A stretch of 64,000 bases of DNA from Callorhinchus milii (lineage: Eukaryota). Of the stretch, positions 41,031 through 53,965 are shown piece after piece. The notes beneath the pieces are model-generated. The model did no database searches. It worked only from the letters and a program-made list of their open reading frames with translations, and was not told the origin of the DNA. The stretch lies in the NCBI RefSeq assembly GCF_018977255.1, contig NW_024704743.1, forward strand, positions 37,388,001-37,452,000. The letters are read 5' to 3'. Position 1 is the stretch's first letter. Every line of letters starts with the position of its first letter. Position numbers and translations under genes: made by a program.

Positions 41031-41696
41031 GATAAGTATTGGCTCCAAGATGATATAAAAATCAAGTTGATCTTTTATACAACAATCCATTGTCCAGTGC
41101 CAGCCAGGCAGGTCTGTAGTACTCCACGGCATGGTTGATTACAGTTTCAGACAGCATGGCCTATTAACAGGACTTGGAGGGGCGACAGGTCACTGGAAGC
41201 AAGGATTCTTCCCAATAGACTCCTGTTAACTCCGCAAGCCAAAACCCTAATAGTAGGATGGTTTTACCAGGGGAGCAGCTGAAAGGTTGCTAGATAATGC
41301 TTACAATAGCAAACTTTGCAATTATAGTGAGTTAAACTCCAGCAGTATCCCAAATCACACCTGCAATTCCCAAGCTTTGACTCTCACCAACCCACACCTA
41401 ATACAGTACTATCTGCAATTGAGTAACCAGGATGCATTTCTTCAGAGAAAGAGTGGGTATTCCAGACACATGGGAAATTTCTGTGTGTGGGTGGCATGCA
41501 TATGTGGAAAGCTGACCAGTTTGGATACTCATTAAATATGGTGCTTGGTTTCTGGGTGTGTTAGATACACCACTGTCCAAATAAAGTTGTGTGTGTGTGA
41601 GAGAGGGGTGGGGGGATGGAGGAAAGGGTTTTATTGGATGGGGAGGAGAAAAGGTATGAAATTCTGCAATCTGAACAATTATTTACTTCTGCACAG

Positions 41697-41753
41697 ATTG
41701 AACTCCAATATATAGAACAAGACATTCAATTGAAGGATCAAAGGATTGGAGAG
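41697..41753 (+). CDS. Coding exon (IELQYIEQDIQLKDQRIGE)
   Basis: ctgcacag| acceptor, GAG|gtaatg donor; phase 0-0; heptad-like. Confidence 0.75.
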
Positions 41754-43923
41754 GTAATGGAGTTTACAGTCATTTTGATTGCTGGGGTATCCGAGAATGT
41801 GAGCAGTGTGTGTTTATTTTACTTCAGGACTGTCCAAATAGACTGCAATGTTCATTTCCAGTTCTACACATTCCTACTGTTGTTTACATTTTTATGTTCT
41901 TAGGTATGCTACGCGACTAACATCTGCCTCTTTGGAAAGTAAAGACACAAAATCGATAGAATGCAGCGATACAGAAAGCATTTGTGTTCAGCTATTACAG
42001 GTTGTGATGTAATTGGGACCCACAATTATGCTTCTATCTTCCAATTCCATTAAATGTATCAGTTTTTCCTCCGAGAGAGTGCGCTGTGAGTGGCTGTAGG
42101 ACCACAACTTACCCTCACGCAGGGTAGCTTGTTAGAGCACTTGACACAGCTAATACCTGGCAATCTCATCCATTATGGTAACATGAAGTACACCGACAAC
42201 AACAACAAATTGTGTTTATATAACGTCTTTCACGCTCGGAGGGTGTCCCAAGGTGCTGGACAGTCAAGGATTTGTACTTGAGTGAGGATTTGGAATCGAG
42301 AGGTGGAAGACAAGTGGTGGTGAGTGGATGACTGAAGGCAATGGGGAAGATCTTGAAACGGGCCTTGAAGGAGGCAAGGGCAAAAGGACTGTGGGATGGA
42401 GTTCCAGAGGTTGAGGGCAGGAAGGCTGAAGGCCCAGCTGTCAATGGTGCCCATTAACCATACAACTGATTCTAAAGTCAGTCTGTGATACGCAGGATTG
42501 CTAATCCAAGCAATACCAAGCAGAATTTGGTTCAAACCTGTTTGGATTTGTCTGGATTTAAACATAATTTAGGGTTTCAGAAGATGTTTATATTTGGCAT
42601 CGGAATATTGCCTGAAGTCACTTTGCGGTATCTTAGTTATTTTTTTTTACATAAATAATACAATATAATGGGGCAGTGTTTTATTTTTTGCTCTAGTTTT
42701 ATTTAGTGTTTAGATTGTTTAAGGCGAGCAATAGCAGACAGTCCAGATATAGATTGCCATTGGGCTCCACAATGTCTGCACAGTGAGTTTAATTATTGTT
42801 CTGTCATTATTGCAAAAATAACTTGCAGTTGGTTTCTGGTGAATGCAACAGCTAATAAGACTATATATAATAATTGATGTCTGGGAGTAATTACAAGGTA
42901 GTAATCTCACCCAAAATTTTCCAGTGACCATATAAAAGACAGGATCAAGCTACTGTCATGTGAACTATGAGATGAAATGTGGCCTTGAAATATTTTTTCG
43001 CAATCTATACTGTGGAATTTTCTTTGGAGTGCAGTTTTTATTTTATTGCACTTTATGATGGCAGTAATCAGGTGGATGGTGACATCCCTGTTACCTTTGT
43101 GATAATGCATGCACTAAAAGATTAATGATGTGGCGTAATCACTGTAAGATTGAGTCAAAAACCAGTGATTGTTGGCAAAGAATATACCTGATTATAATGT
43201 ATATAAATATATCAACCATTACCATGGCATGTAATACCATAGCATGTCCTACCATTTTATTTTGGCAAATACTAGGATGTGTCCTGAGCTTTTTTTTCTG
43301 TGTGAAAATATCATACCATAGTTATTTTTGTGTGAAAATATTATAGAGTATGCAAACCTGGACAAATAAAGCTTCCCACAGAGCAGTTCATCTGTACTGA
43401 TCCACACAGGAATGCAAAGCTGCTTGCTCAGCACATGGTGTACTTCAGAGCACTAACATTTGCGCTTTGTGGTTTTTAGAATCTATTTTCCTGTTGTATG
43501 TTGACATAATATGCATGACTTAAACCTATCAGTATTTTTAAGGACTACAGATGCACAAGTGAGTACAACAAACCATCATGTAAAATGAACACAATTTCAA
43601 GCCAAAACTATTTCCCTTCACTCAGATATCCTACCCACCCCCCCAAAAAAAAATGATTTATGTAATTGAATTATCGTAAAGGCTAGAACCAGAAATAGAA
43701 TATTATCAGACAACTGATCAATCGCCTCTGTTTCTCAGCTTCATAGGGGATGTCAGATTTATTCATACTCCCCTTCAGTTCCATTCTGAGCAATATGTAA
43801 CTCTTTACATTTCTGTTGTACAGGCTGGGTAAAATCTTTTAACAAATGCTCAGAGCTCACCCAAAGCTGAAGTTTTTCTTAGTGATAGTGGCAAAAGCAG
43901 CAAATCGCATTTCCACGATCTAG

Positions 43924-44112
43924 CATTCTTCTCATCTTCCCGTCCCTTACCCATATGTCTCAAGAAGCAAGCAGCTTTCTTCCAACACTGAATTAAAGCC
44001 AGATTTACCAAAGGGGTTGAAAAAAATATTTGAACTGGAAAACGGCAGCTTAAATAGCTCACGCACCAGAAAATTCACCTTGGGACGTGAAATATCTCAC
44101 ATACAAGAAATG
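43924..44112 (+). CDS. Probable coding exon (HSSHLPVPYP...GREISHIQEM), GC donor
   Basis: 63 open codons after gatctag|; phase-0 donor ATG|gcatgt; weaker acceptor. Confidence 0.5.
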
Positions 44113-45371
44113 GCATGTATGTCACGTGCACCTACAAGATCTCTGTCCTTAGACTATTTCAGAGCAGAATGCCCATGGGTCAGCATGACATGTGGAGTAC
44201 TTTTTTGAAGCACTGTACAACCCTAGGCACGTAGTGCCATTTTTGCTGCAGTTTCTGTTCAAGCATATTATTAACCGTTTTATGACTAGTGAGTCTCTTG
44301 ACTTAAACCCTACTTTATACAACAATATATTTCATACAACAATAACTTGCATTTATATAGTGCTCGTCACGCAGGGCAGCGTCCCAGAGCACTTTAATGC
44401 ATACAGCAATATATGAGATTCAATCTAGTTAGAAACTTATCCTGGACCACTTTCAGTATGGCCAGAGAGCATTTCTTGAAATGTTGAAACGTTTGTTGCT
44501 GATGCTACATTTTCTGGGCAGAAGTGGCTAATAGAAGGATGACAAATAGCATTCAGGAAGACCTGGACAAATGAAACAGATGGGAGAAGAAGCAGCAGAT
44601 GGATTTTAAATCTAGATAAACGTAAGGTAATGTGCATTGGATCAAGTAAATGATGTGCACACAGTAAAGGGGTTTCCATTAGCAGAGATGCAGAAGGGTG
44701 TTTGAAGCTGCTGCCAACAAAGCTAATCAAATATTGGGTGCAATCTTGAGAGCATGTGACTATTAGGTTAGAAGGTTATTAATCATATAATGAGGGGAGA
44801 CCGCACATAGAATATTAGGTGAAAAATTGCAGTGTGCAATTTGTTAATTAACACCAATGGTATGAATTATTGAAATTAAAAACCTTGTGATAATTAACAA
44901 ATTGACCAGTTTCTAGGTGCACTAGAGATTAGAGATAGATCCTACTCCTCCTCCCCCATCTCAAAGATTGCTTTAGAAGACAGACAAAATTAACACATTG
45001 TGATCATAGATCATAACATTGTAATACTGGAACTGGATTAACTGAACCACCAGGCATTAATCAAATGCCACATAGACCACAAGTCCAAATTGTAGTGCAG
45101 CAAATTACTGTTTTGAAAATTGAGAAGGGAACCAAAGCACAGTCGCCACCTCCAGAACACCCACAAAATATACAGTCAATTCACTTTACAGTATATTCTG
45201 AGAAGCACTTTGAGACATCTCAATAACGTGATAAGCTACGATATCAAATGCAAGGATTATTATGATATATTACCCAGGGATCAGTCGATGTATCAATTAT
45301 CATAACGTTGGTCATATCAAATATGTGCATTGATCAGCACCATTGAGCATTAGTCATATCACAACACTGAG

Positions 45372-45672
45372 AACATTCAGCAGGTCAGGCAGCATCTATG
45401 AAGAAAGGAAAATGAGTTAACTTTTCGGGTCCATGACCTTTCGTCAGAACTCAGTTCTGACGAAAGAAGAACAAAGTTCTGACGAAGGGTCATGGACTTG
45501 AAGGGTTGTGGACCTGAAGGGTTGTGGACCCAGAGTTCTGACGAAGGGTCATGGACCCGAAACGTTGACTCACTTTCCTTTCTCCATAGCCGATGCCTGA
45601 CCTGCTGAGTGTTCCCAGCGACTTCTGTTTTTGTTTCAGATTTCCAGCATCTGCAGTATTTTGCGTTTTGTA
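45372..45672 (+). mobile_element. Penelope-like element terminus with inverted ~80-bp duplication
   Basis: 45372-45452 is the reverse complement of 45533-45613; ctgacgaagggtc...cgaaacgtt...gcctgacctgctgag is a typical PLE end. Confidence 0.7.
45533..45571 (+). ncRNA. Minimal type I hammerhead ribozyme motif
   Basis: Stem I gagtt/gactc, core CUGACGA(+A), stem II gggtc-atg-gaccc, GAAA, palindromic ACGU stem III, GUU cleavage triplet. Confidence 0.7.
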
Positions 45673-46339
45673 CAAAATTTAGAATCTGTTCTAAACTCAC
45701 TATTTTTGTATTTATTCTGTCAAACAAGTGTCCTTTGGTAAGTCTATTAAAACTTGTGTTTACTGTAAACAATAAAAAAAACATAGTGTGTGTTTTCAAG
45801 AGTGTAGTCTAATGTTGCTGTTAAATAATATTTAAGCCTTGCTCTCCTTGTTCAAGGAAGCAATAGGTGTGTTTCAAAACTGTAACGTCTCAAGGGTCAG
45901 ATAATTTAGTTGATGCAATCCATTACCTCGGCAAAACCACCTGAATTACTGCCGTGCAATCCACAGATAGCTATCTATCTATTTTAGCTCTCACTGAATC
46001 CCCAGTGACTAAGAGTTACAAGATGGGTATGACGTCTTTTCTGTATTGATTAGATATGTATATTTCGAGAAAGTTCTTTTTAAATATGCCACCTTGCATG
46101 ATGTTTCACTGCATTTCAGAATAAAGTCTGATTTCCTGCAAACTTGCATAGCAATGTAATGTGTTGGATCTCTACACCAATTAATTGGAAGGTTCGTACC
46201 TATGATCGTCACATGAGTCTCAGCCATGAAAATCTTAAAAGGCTCAAGGCACATGCTGGTATTCCTTCTGTAGGGAAAGAAAATCCTTCAGGTTGCCCTT
46301 GTGCACTTCCTCTGGTCAGAGATGAAAAACAATCCTATT

Positions 46340-47169
46340 GCCTCCTGTAAGCCTGCACCAAGTTCCGTGACCCTATCACCCCCATCCTCATCCGGCTCCA
46401 CAGGCTCCTCATCCCCCAGAGGATAAGGTTAAAAATGTTCGTCCTTGCCTTCAAAGCCCTCCAAGGGCTTGCTCCTCCCTATTTCTGTGGAGCCCTGTGG
46501 CTCAGTGGTTAGAGCACTCGCTTTGCAAGTGAGAGACCTGAGTTCAATTCCAGGCAGAGGGCGAAACCTTGGGCAAGTTTCCTTACTCCACACAGAGCCT
46601 AATAATAATCCCTCCAAAAAAAACCAATAATAAATTGGTCATTTTCAGTCCATATAACTATTTGTGGGACATTGCTGTGCGCAATTGGCTGCCGCGTTCG
46701 CCCACAAATATACAGTCAATTCACTTTACAGTGTGTTCTGTGAAGCGCTTTGGGATGTCCTCCCGACGTGAAAAGCGCTATATCAAATGCAAGGATTATT
46801 ATTTATTTATTCTGTGACCTGCTAACTTCATACAGTTCTGTTTGCTCCCTCTGCTCAGCAGTCTCCTGTCTGCTCCACGTCCCCCGCCCGACCATTGACT
46901 TTCGGGCCTTACGAATTTCTGGCCCCACCCTTTGGAACTCCATCCTACAGTCCCTTTGCCTCGCCCCTTCCCTTGCTTCCTTCAGGACCCGACTCAAAAC
47001 TATCATCTTCAACCGCACGTTCGGTCACCCTCCTACCTACCCTCCCTGCCTCCGGCACTCCTGATCGCAACATCTAGTTCAGATCCAAATCCTTGACTGT
47101 CCAGTGTCTTGGGACTTCCTCCCGACGTGAAAGGCGCTATACAAATGTAATTTTTTGTTGTTGTTGTTG
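46340..47169 (+). mobile_element. L2 3' fragment interrupted by a SINE
   Basis: L2 C-terminal sequence homologous to 37560-38028; stem-loop and (tgt)n tail. Confidence 0.85.
46489..46809 (+). mobile_element. Full-length tRNA-Ala SINE (short subfamily) with TSD
   Basis: tRNA head, Deu-domain 3' segment tgtgggacattgctgtgcgcaattggctgccgcg, L2-type stem-loop; TSD ttctgt(g) at 46483 and 46810. Confidence 0.9.
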
Positions 47170-47202
47170 ACTTTAGACTTGAGAGCTAGTAAATAACTTG
47201 TA

Positions 47203-47309
47203 CAGGTGACCAAAAAGTCATGATAACTACCCTATTATCTAAAAAATCATGATTTCTTTGAGACTTACTGGACGTATTGTAATGGTATCATGACTTTTTG
47301 GTTACCCTA
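47203..47309. mobile_element. Tc1/mariner-type MITE
   Basis: ~23-bp TIRs cagg(g)tgaccaaaaagtcatgata / tatcatgactttttggttacccta flanked by TA on both sides. Confidence 0.75.
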
Positions 47310-48888
47310 TATGTGCTGAACAATTAATTTGTTGTCATGAAATTCCCTGAAAAATATCTATTGCATTTTGCAATCTTACTGTCTTCTAATTTAGTATCAT
47401 TTGAGAAAATGTTTGTGGCCTTTTAAAAGCACATGGGCTTAAGTTACTTAAACATCTGGATGAGGGGAGAAAATTGGTGATAGAAAAGCATGTGGACAAA
47501 GTAGCACTGCAGGTTTTTCTGCTCATAGGAGGGAGAACATTACTTTTTCCTTTATATATGGGAATGTAAGGACACTGAATAGTGCAGTGGTGTATGAAGT
47601 CACTGGGTTCTGTAATTTAGCACTGTTCTTTGACCTCAGGATTCTGGTTTTGAATGTAGTCAGACTAATGGAATGAAATACTTCTCTTCATGACAGCTGG
47701 AAGATTTCGGTGTGAAATGACCTTCAGATACTAGCAGACATAGGCCCTGGGCAGAAACCAGCCCGTCAATCTTTTAGTGAGGCAAAACATGCACTTAGAT
47801 TTTATTCAAAATATTCACTTAGATTTTAGATTCGTACATTTTTTGCAAAATCACACAAATTGTTGCTTCAGATATGGAGTGGGACACTGCTGTGCGCTGT
47901 TGGCTGCCACATTTCATCCACAAATTATACAGTCAATTCACTTTACAGTATATTCTGTGAAGCGCTTTAAGACGTCTCAAAGATGTGATAAGGCGCGATA
48001 TTAAATTCAAGAATTATTATTGTATCAACCACAAGAACAGATTGCTTCCATAGCACTTGGCATTTTGTGTAAAATGAAAGTCTCAAATTATCGATCTCTC
48101 AGCAGAAAGGTAATTTGAGGTTATTCACCAAAGACTTTGGCAAAAAATAGCTTTTTAGTAGCCTTTTGATGAATGGGGGAGGGAGGCCCAAATGAAGGGA
48201 GCTTGAAAGACAGTACCTGAGTGAGAACCTAATGACTGAAATCTCTACCACCAATGGTTGGGATGGAAGAAGTCGCAACAGACAGTTGACTGGAGTTTGA
48301 GGAGCAGGAGTACAGATAGGAGATTAGGGCTGGAGGAGATTATAAAGTGGGGCAAGACTATCAAGCAATTTCAAGGTTAGGACTAGGTTCTTGGATAAAA
48401 CAGATTGAGAATGGATAGGCTGCCTCTGGAATACACAGACTGAATTGAGAGTGGACAGCCTGGATTTAGGAGTGGACAGATAACCTCTAATTTCACTGAA
48501 AGATTATTGGAGTTATTGATGCGTGGGGGGTGGGGGGGGCTTCTCTCCTTACCTTCGAGTCCCTCTTAAAATCATCTGTTTGACCATGTCTTTGTTTAAC
48601 ACCCTTAACTTGCTCTTTTCCTCAATGCTGGATTTCCCCACTGTCTGAAACAAAATCAGACTTTCATCCTGCGTCAAAGGGTCTGAATAAATGCAAGTTG
48701 TTATGTATAAAGTTAGATACCTGTGAATTGTTTATATATAACTCACATAATAGATTCATATAGCTAATCAGAGTTGTGACCAGTGGAAATTTTGATCCCT
48801 TCATACAAAGTGCACATTGTTCTTATAATCTGCATTGTGCATCGATGATCTCTATAACTCTTAACTCTTATGTGTGTTTTGCTTTCAG

Positions 48889-48948
48889 TTAAACAAAACT
48901 ATAGAGGCACTGTGGATAACAGCAGATGAATTAGCAGATAGGAAAGTG
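48889..48948 (+). CDS. Coding exon (LNKTIEALWITADELADRKV)
   Basis: gctttcag| acceptor, GTG|gtaagt donor; phase 0-0. Confidence 0.8.
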
Positions 48949-49059
48949 GTAAGTTTTAACAATAGGATACTGCAGCCTAATAATTGGCGGAAGTTGAAAA
49001 AAAATGTGCTTCTTGGAAAGGTGGTAGCATAAATGATGCTTCAACACAATGAATGCATT

Positions 49060-49540
49060 TATGAACATAAGAATTTGCTAGGCATAAGAACACCAAGGTC
49101 CATCTAGTTCACCACCTACCATCCTGGCAGTCCAACACTGTATCCCGAGATATCATTTTCTAGCAGAAATCTATCAAATTTGTTCTTGAAACAAATGACA
49201 TTTTCTGCTTCGCTGTTTCTCAAAGGAGCCCGTTTCATAAGTTTCAAAACTACTCGCTCACTGAAGTAGTGTTTACCCAGATTTGTTCTGAACTTATCCC
49301 CCTTCAATCATAGACCGTATCCTCTGGTTCAAGAGAAAACAGTTTATCATGGTCTACATTATCTATTCCCTTCAGAATCTTAAAGACCGTAATCATATCG
49401 CCTCTCAAACTTCTCTTGTCCAGTGTGACCATTCCCAGTTTATCTAATCGCTCCTTGTATTCCAGTCCCTCCATCCCCTCAATCATTTTGGTTGCCCTCC
49501 TCTGTATCCTCTCAATCGCTACAATATCCTTTTTATATTT
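49060..49540 (-). mobile_element. CR1 LINE 3' fragment
   Basis: GLEYKERLDKLGMVTLDKRSLRGDMITVFKILKG and KFRTNLGKHYFSERVV are the CR1 ORF2 C-terminus. Confidence 0.9.
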
Positions 49541-51219
49541 ATATTCAAGATGTAAAGTAGTTAATCCTATATATTTTATACTCCGAAATGCAGCCCTGCG
49601 TGAGGGCTGTTATATAAATGCAAGTTGTTGTGTACTCTCTCGTGGGATCTCAACCTCAATCTCAATCGTGTTGAGATCCCATGAGTCACCGTGATATGCT
49701 TTGCATTCCTAGCACTTTTTTCAGAGTCGAGACATCATTTGTGCTTTGCTGATGAGCACTTCCATAATGTGGGAGACGAAAACTGTTAACACCTGTTATT
49801 ACTACTTAGTAATAATATACGGTCATATAAATAACATAATGCAATACTTGAAGCACATTTAGTGCTTTGGGTGGAGAAAAAACATTTTTGTGGCTCAGTT
49901 GAATTTAGAATTTCCTAAATTAAACCTGTTCCATTCTTCTTATTACGAATTATAGTTTTCCAATAAAACTCTAAAGAATAGGAATAATATTGTTTAAAAA
50001 AACTCTGGGGCTTTATAATGGTTTTGTTTTAAGAATTTGCTGATTTCCAAGAATAAAACAACATTCCAGAACAACACCTTTGGGCTACACTGTGTCACCA
50101 GATGAAGAACTCATGTAAATTCTTCGCGAATTCTTTTCCTACTGTTCTAAGCTATTTTTTCAAAATGTTAGTGAAGAATGTCAAACATTCAGTAAATAAT
50201 CCCCTCCTTTTCCTGGAATTTACAAGCAATGCTGTTTCTTTGACCACGTGTGTTTCAGTGTTTCCAGCCACAGTGACCTTCTCTCAATCAAATTGGCATC
50301 TAACGCCGTATGGAGAAGGATGCTCATTGTGTTTTAGCAAATAAACATCATGCGTGGGGTAAATGGCCTTATGCACCACTAACTCCAGATTGCGATCATT
50401 TCAGTTCATTACATAAGCTCTTGTTAGATTTTCTTTATTAAAAAATGCCTTTGTTTGGAAGAACATCTGACCTTCAATAATGTCTTGAAAATAAGGCTGA
50501 ACAACAAAAATATGGGCTACAGTGCAAGAGAAATAAAATGTATTGCAAATATGATAAATGTGATTCAACATTTTTATCTAAATCTCTGATCGGGCAGTTT
50601 GCAGAATATTATGATATGGTACATAGTTCTTATTTATTCATGGGGCATGGGGAGCTTGCCCTTGAAAGCTATGGTTCTTTTTGGTTCTTTCAAAGCATCT
50701 AAGATTGAGTTCCCAAGCAACTCCAGCAGAGCCTTGCTAATGTTTTGTGCTGACGTTTGAAGCTCCAATACTGGGCACAATTCCCTCATAGGTCAACCGT
50801 GACATGTTCTCAGCAACTTCTCTTTGGTACATAGGTTGTCTGTGACTCATCCTGTCTTCAATGCATCTTAGGACATCAATTCTAATTCAGGTAGTTATAG
50901 AATGAAGAACAGCAATATCTGGTGTTGAATAAGTGGAATTAAAGTTGACTGGGTCACTCCAGTTGGAACACTGGAAACTAGGTAGAATTTGGTCACCATG
51001 AGGTAACTAGGTGTAAATACTCACTTGGAAAATTGAAGCATGCACCACCGTGTCTGGCTTTGTTTTTGATTTGTAACTGTTTATCACTACATCGTTCCAA
51101 TAGATAATTAAATTATTGTTGGCAGATGGATTGATAATTAAATTTAGCTGACCTTACATTTTATTCTTGTACAATATGACTTAGTGTTTCATAAATTGGT
51201 TAATTTTGTTTTTTTTAAG

Positions 51220-51344
51220 GAATTAACTCTGAAGATTGGAACGGTCCAACAACAATTAGAAGCGGCTGAAAAACAGATGAAGGAAGGAGATAAACAATTG
51301 ACAAAGAATGGAAGAGAAGAGAAGGAAGAGAAAAATTTAGATAG
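51220..51344 (+). CDS. Coding exon (ELTLKIGTVQQQLEAAEKQMKE...KNLDR), GC donor
   Basis: Long polypyrimidine tract then aag|; donor AG|gcaagt (phase 2); coiled-coil-like. Confidence 0.78.
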
Positions 51345-53759
51345 GCAAGTCCCAAACATGCCTAAATATCTCATTTTAATATTTTTGAAATGTCACATAC
51401 ATTTCCCACATTAACCATGTGCATGCAACAACCCCTCCCAGGTTTAATGCGGAAAATTAAAATTGTTTTTGCGAGGCGGGTGCAAGGATTCACACAGCCC
51501 AGCTGCTTCCTGTGTTCATAAATAAGGTTTTTTTGCACCCTGGTTTAGACATTGAAAATGTTGGGAGGTACAAAGAGATATGGTTGAATATTCATACCTG
51601 TCACCCCCAAATTTCCCTGTAAACCCATGACATTCACTAAAATTTTTGACAAAAAATGCTGTGCCAAATTTCCAGCCCTAGTCATCACAGGAGAGTCCCA
51701 GAAATACTACATGTAGAGAAGTTTTTGTTTAAATGTCTTGGGGGTGAGGGGAACATATTGCTATGTTTTTATTTTTGTGGTTTCCTGTTTATCTTTCGCA
51801 AGAATCAATAAAAGTAGGAACAATTTACATCACATCATGAAGCACATTACAAAGATTGAGTGGGAACCCAAGAGTGGAGGGGATCGGAAGGGTAGGAGGA
51901 AGATGCTGTTAAAGAAATGTGTCTTTTGACAGATTTTTGAAAACAGAGTGGGAGGGGACTGAAGTGGAAGGGATTTCAGAAGAGTTTTGAGAGGTTAGGC
52001 AAAAGTGGCTGAAAACTTGTGTCTAATAATGGTGGGGTACAGTTAGCGGGGGGCATGAAGCAGAGCAGAGTTGTCGGAGCAGAGGGAATGCCGTAGGGTC
52101 CCAGAAGATTGCTGAACTACAATAGGGCAATTGCTGGCCATGCAGCATTGGAGGATTTTAAATTCAATCCACTGTGGTAGAGGGGGCATTAATGGAACCG
52201 GGCAGGAAAGGGGGAGGTGGACTCATGGAGCCTGGTGTGGGATAAGATGCAGACTGTGGAGTTCTGAATTAAGGTCTGGAGCTTATGGAGGGTGGATCTG
52301 GAGAGGGTGGTGATCAGGGCATTGGAAAAGGGCACTGGAGGTAAGAAAGATGTGGTTTCAGCTGCATGGGAGTGACATTAATAATAATAATTCTTGCATT
52401 TGATTTAGTGCATTGTTCAGACGTCTCAAAGCGCTTCACAGGATACACTGTGAAGTGTAGTGACTGTGTATTCTGTAGACTACACAGAAATGCGTAAGCC
52501 AGTTTGCTCGCAGAAAAATCCCACAAACAGCCATGGAGTGATTGACCAATTTTATTTGGTGAATTGGACACTGGGAGAAATTCCCTTCTCTTTTCGAATA
52601 GTGCCATAGGTTCCTTAACGTCCACCGGAACAGGCAGATGATATTGGTTGAAGCGGGCTATGTCGCAGAGAAAGTTGACTTACAGATGTGTGTAGCAGCT
52701 GGTTAGGGAGAAGTCAGGCTAGACTGTGATGCCTTTTATAATCAAGTGAACCAACACTCACTGCCAAGGCTCGTACATGAACATTAGGCAAGGTGCTGGA
52801 GGGTAACCAGTGCCCGTGGAACTGCACCCCAGCTAAAGGAGACCAGACCATGAGCAGAGAGGCAACATGCTAGTGAAAGTAAAATAGAAAAATAACTGAA
52901 CACTCTAAACCTATGAAAAAGAAGAAGTAAAAAGAGCACTGGAACTAAATGGTTTCATACAGAGGATGTAGGACAGGACTCATTAACTTGAATAATTGAA
53001 ACACTAACATCTGTCACAAAACATAGTCAAATGGAGACAGAGTTATGCAGGTCAGCCTGCTTGGATTTTCATATTATCAGTTTGGTTACTGATAAAAGTA
53101 TTATTTTACACTAAGACAGCATTGTGGAGGCTAAGTTAATGATGAAGGTCAGAAGATAGATCTGGGCAGTTGCAACATTTGCATTGCAGTAATTAATATG
53201 AGCTCTTCTTAGTTGCAGAGCTAACTGTGGACATACTGTATAATGAGAGTGTGGGAGAGGCCTTCAATATTTCAGCAGTGAGAAAACGAGTGAACGAAGG
53301 GCTGAAAGACAGAGAAATAAGGGGAAGAAATTGATATTAATGTAGCAGAGCCTGATCTTGCAGGATGGACTTTCTTTTCTGTCTCTAAACCTGTAGCTCT
53401 TCCTTCTCCTCAGATCTCCAGTCGCTTTTCTCTTCACCTATCCTTTTGCCTTCATGTTGTGCTGAACATAATTTTGCCTGTGTTTTCTCGCCTGTCATCT
53501 GTTTGACATTATAATCGTCCATTCCTCTTTGGTAATGTTTTATTTCACTGAAGCTACTTTCTGCAAATTGTCTAAATTTAATTTATATGTTTTTCCAGCA
53601 GCAACCTGTGTTTTGTTTGGGGTGTTGGAGCTACAGTGTTTTATCTTTAGCTTTGTCTACCGCCTTATCTTGTGACTGTTTTGCATGCCTGTCAGGACAT
53701 GCCAGTGCAAGTACACAATGTATTTTCCTACAGTGTTGAGCAACCATTCTGCAGAGTTG

Positions 53760-53965
53760 GTTGATTCCCTGCCCCCAGTGTTCTGCCCTTCCAAGTGCTG
53801 CCGTTTTTGCCAGGCTGGTTATGAGGCCATCAGTAATGACCTGGAATACTGTTGACCCACCTGGCTCAGGAACTGGACTAGAGATCGCCACAGAGGGTGG
53901 GCTGGTGTCTGACATTTCATTACCAAATATGTTACCTTGGAGTCAGTTCAGCTCCAGAGAGACCC
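53760..53965 (+). repeat. Family Y repeat, partial copy 3
   Basis: ggctcaggaac and ccttggagtcagttcagctcca..gagacc are shared with the other copies. Confidence 0.65.

Noticed and set aside
47580..47760. LF-SINE-like head
   Set aside because: Similarity too short and diverged to support by eye
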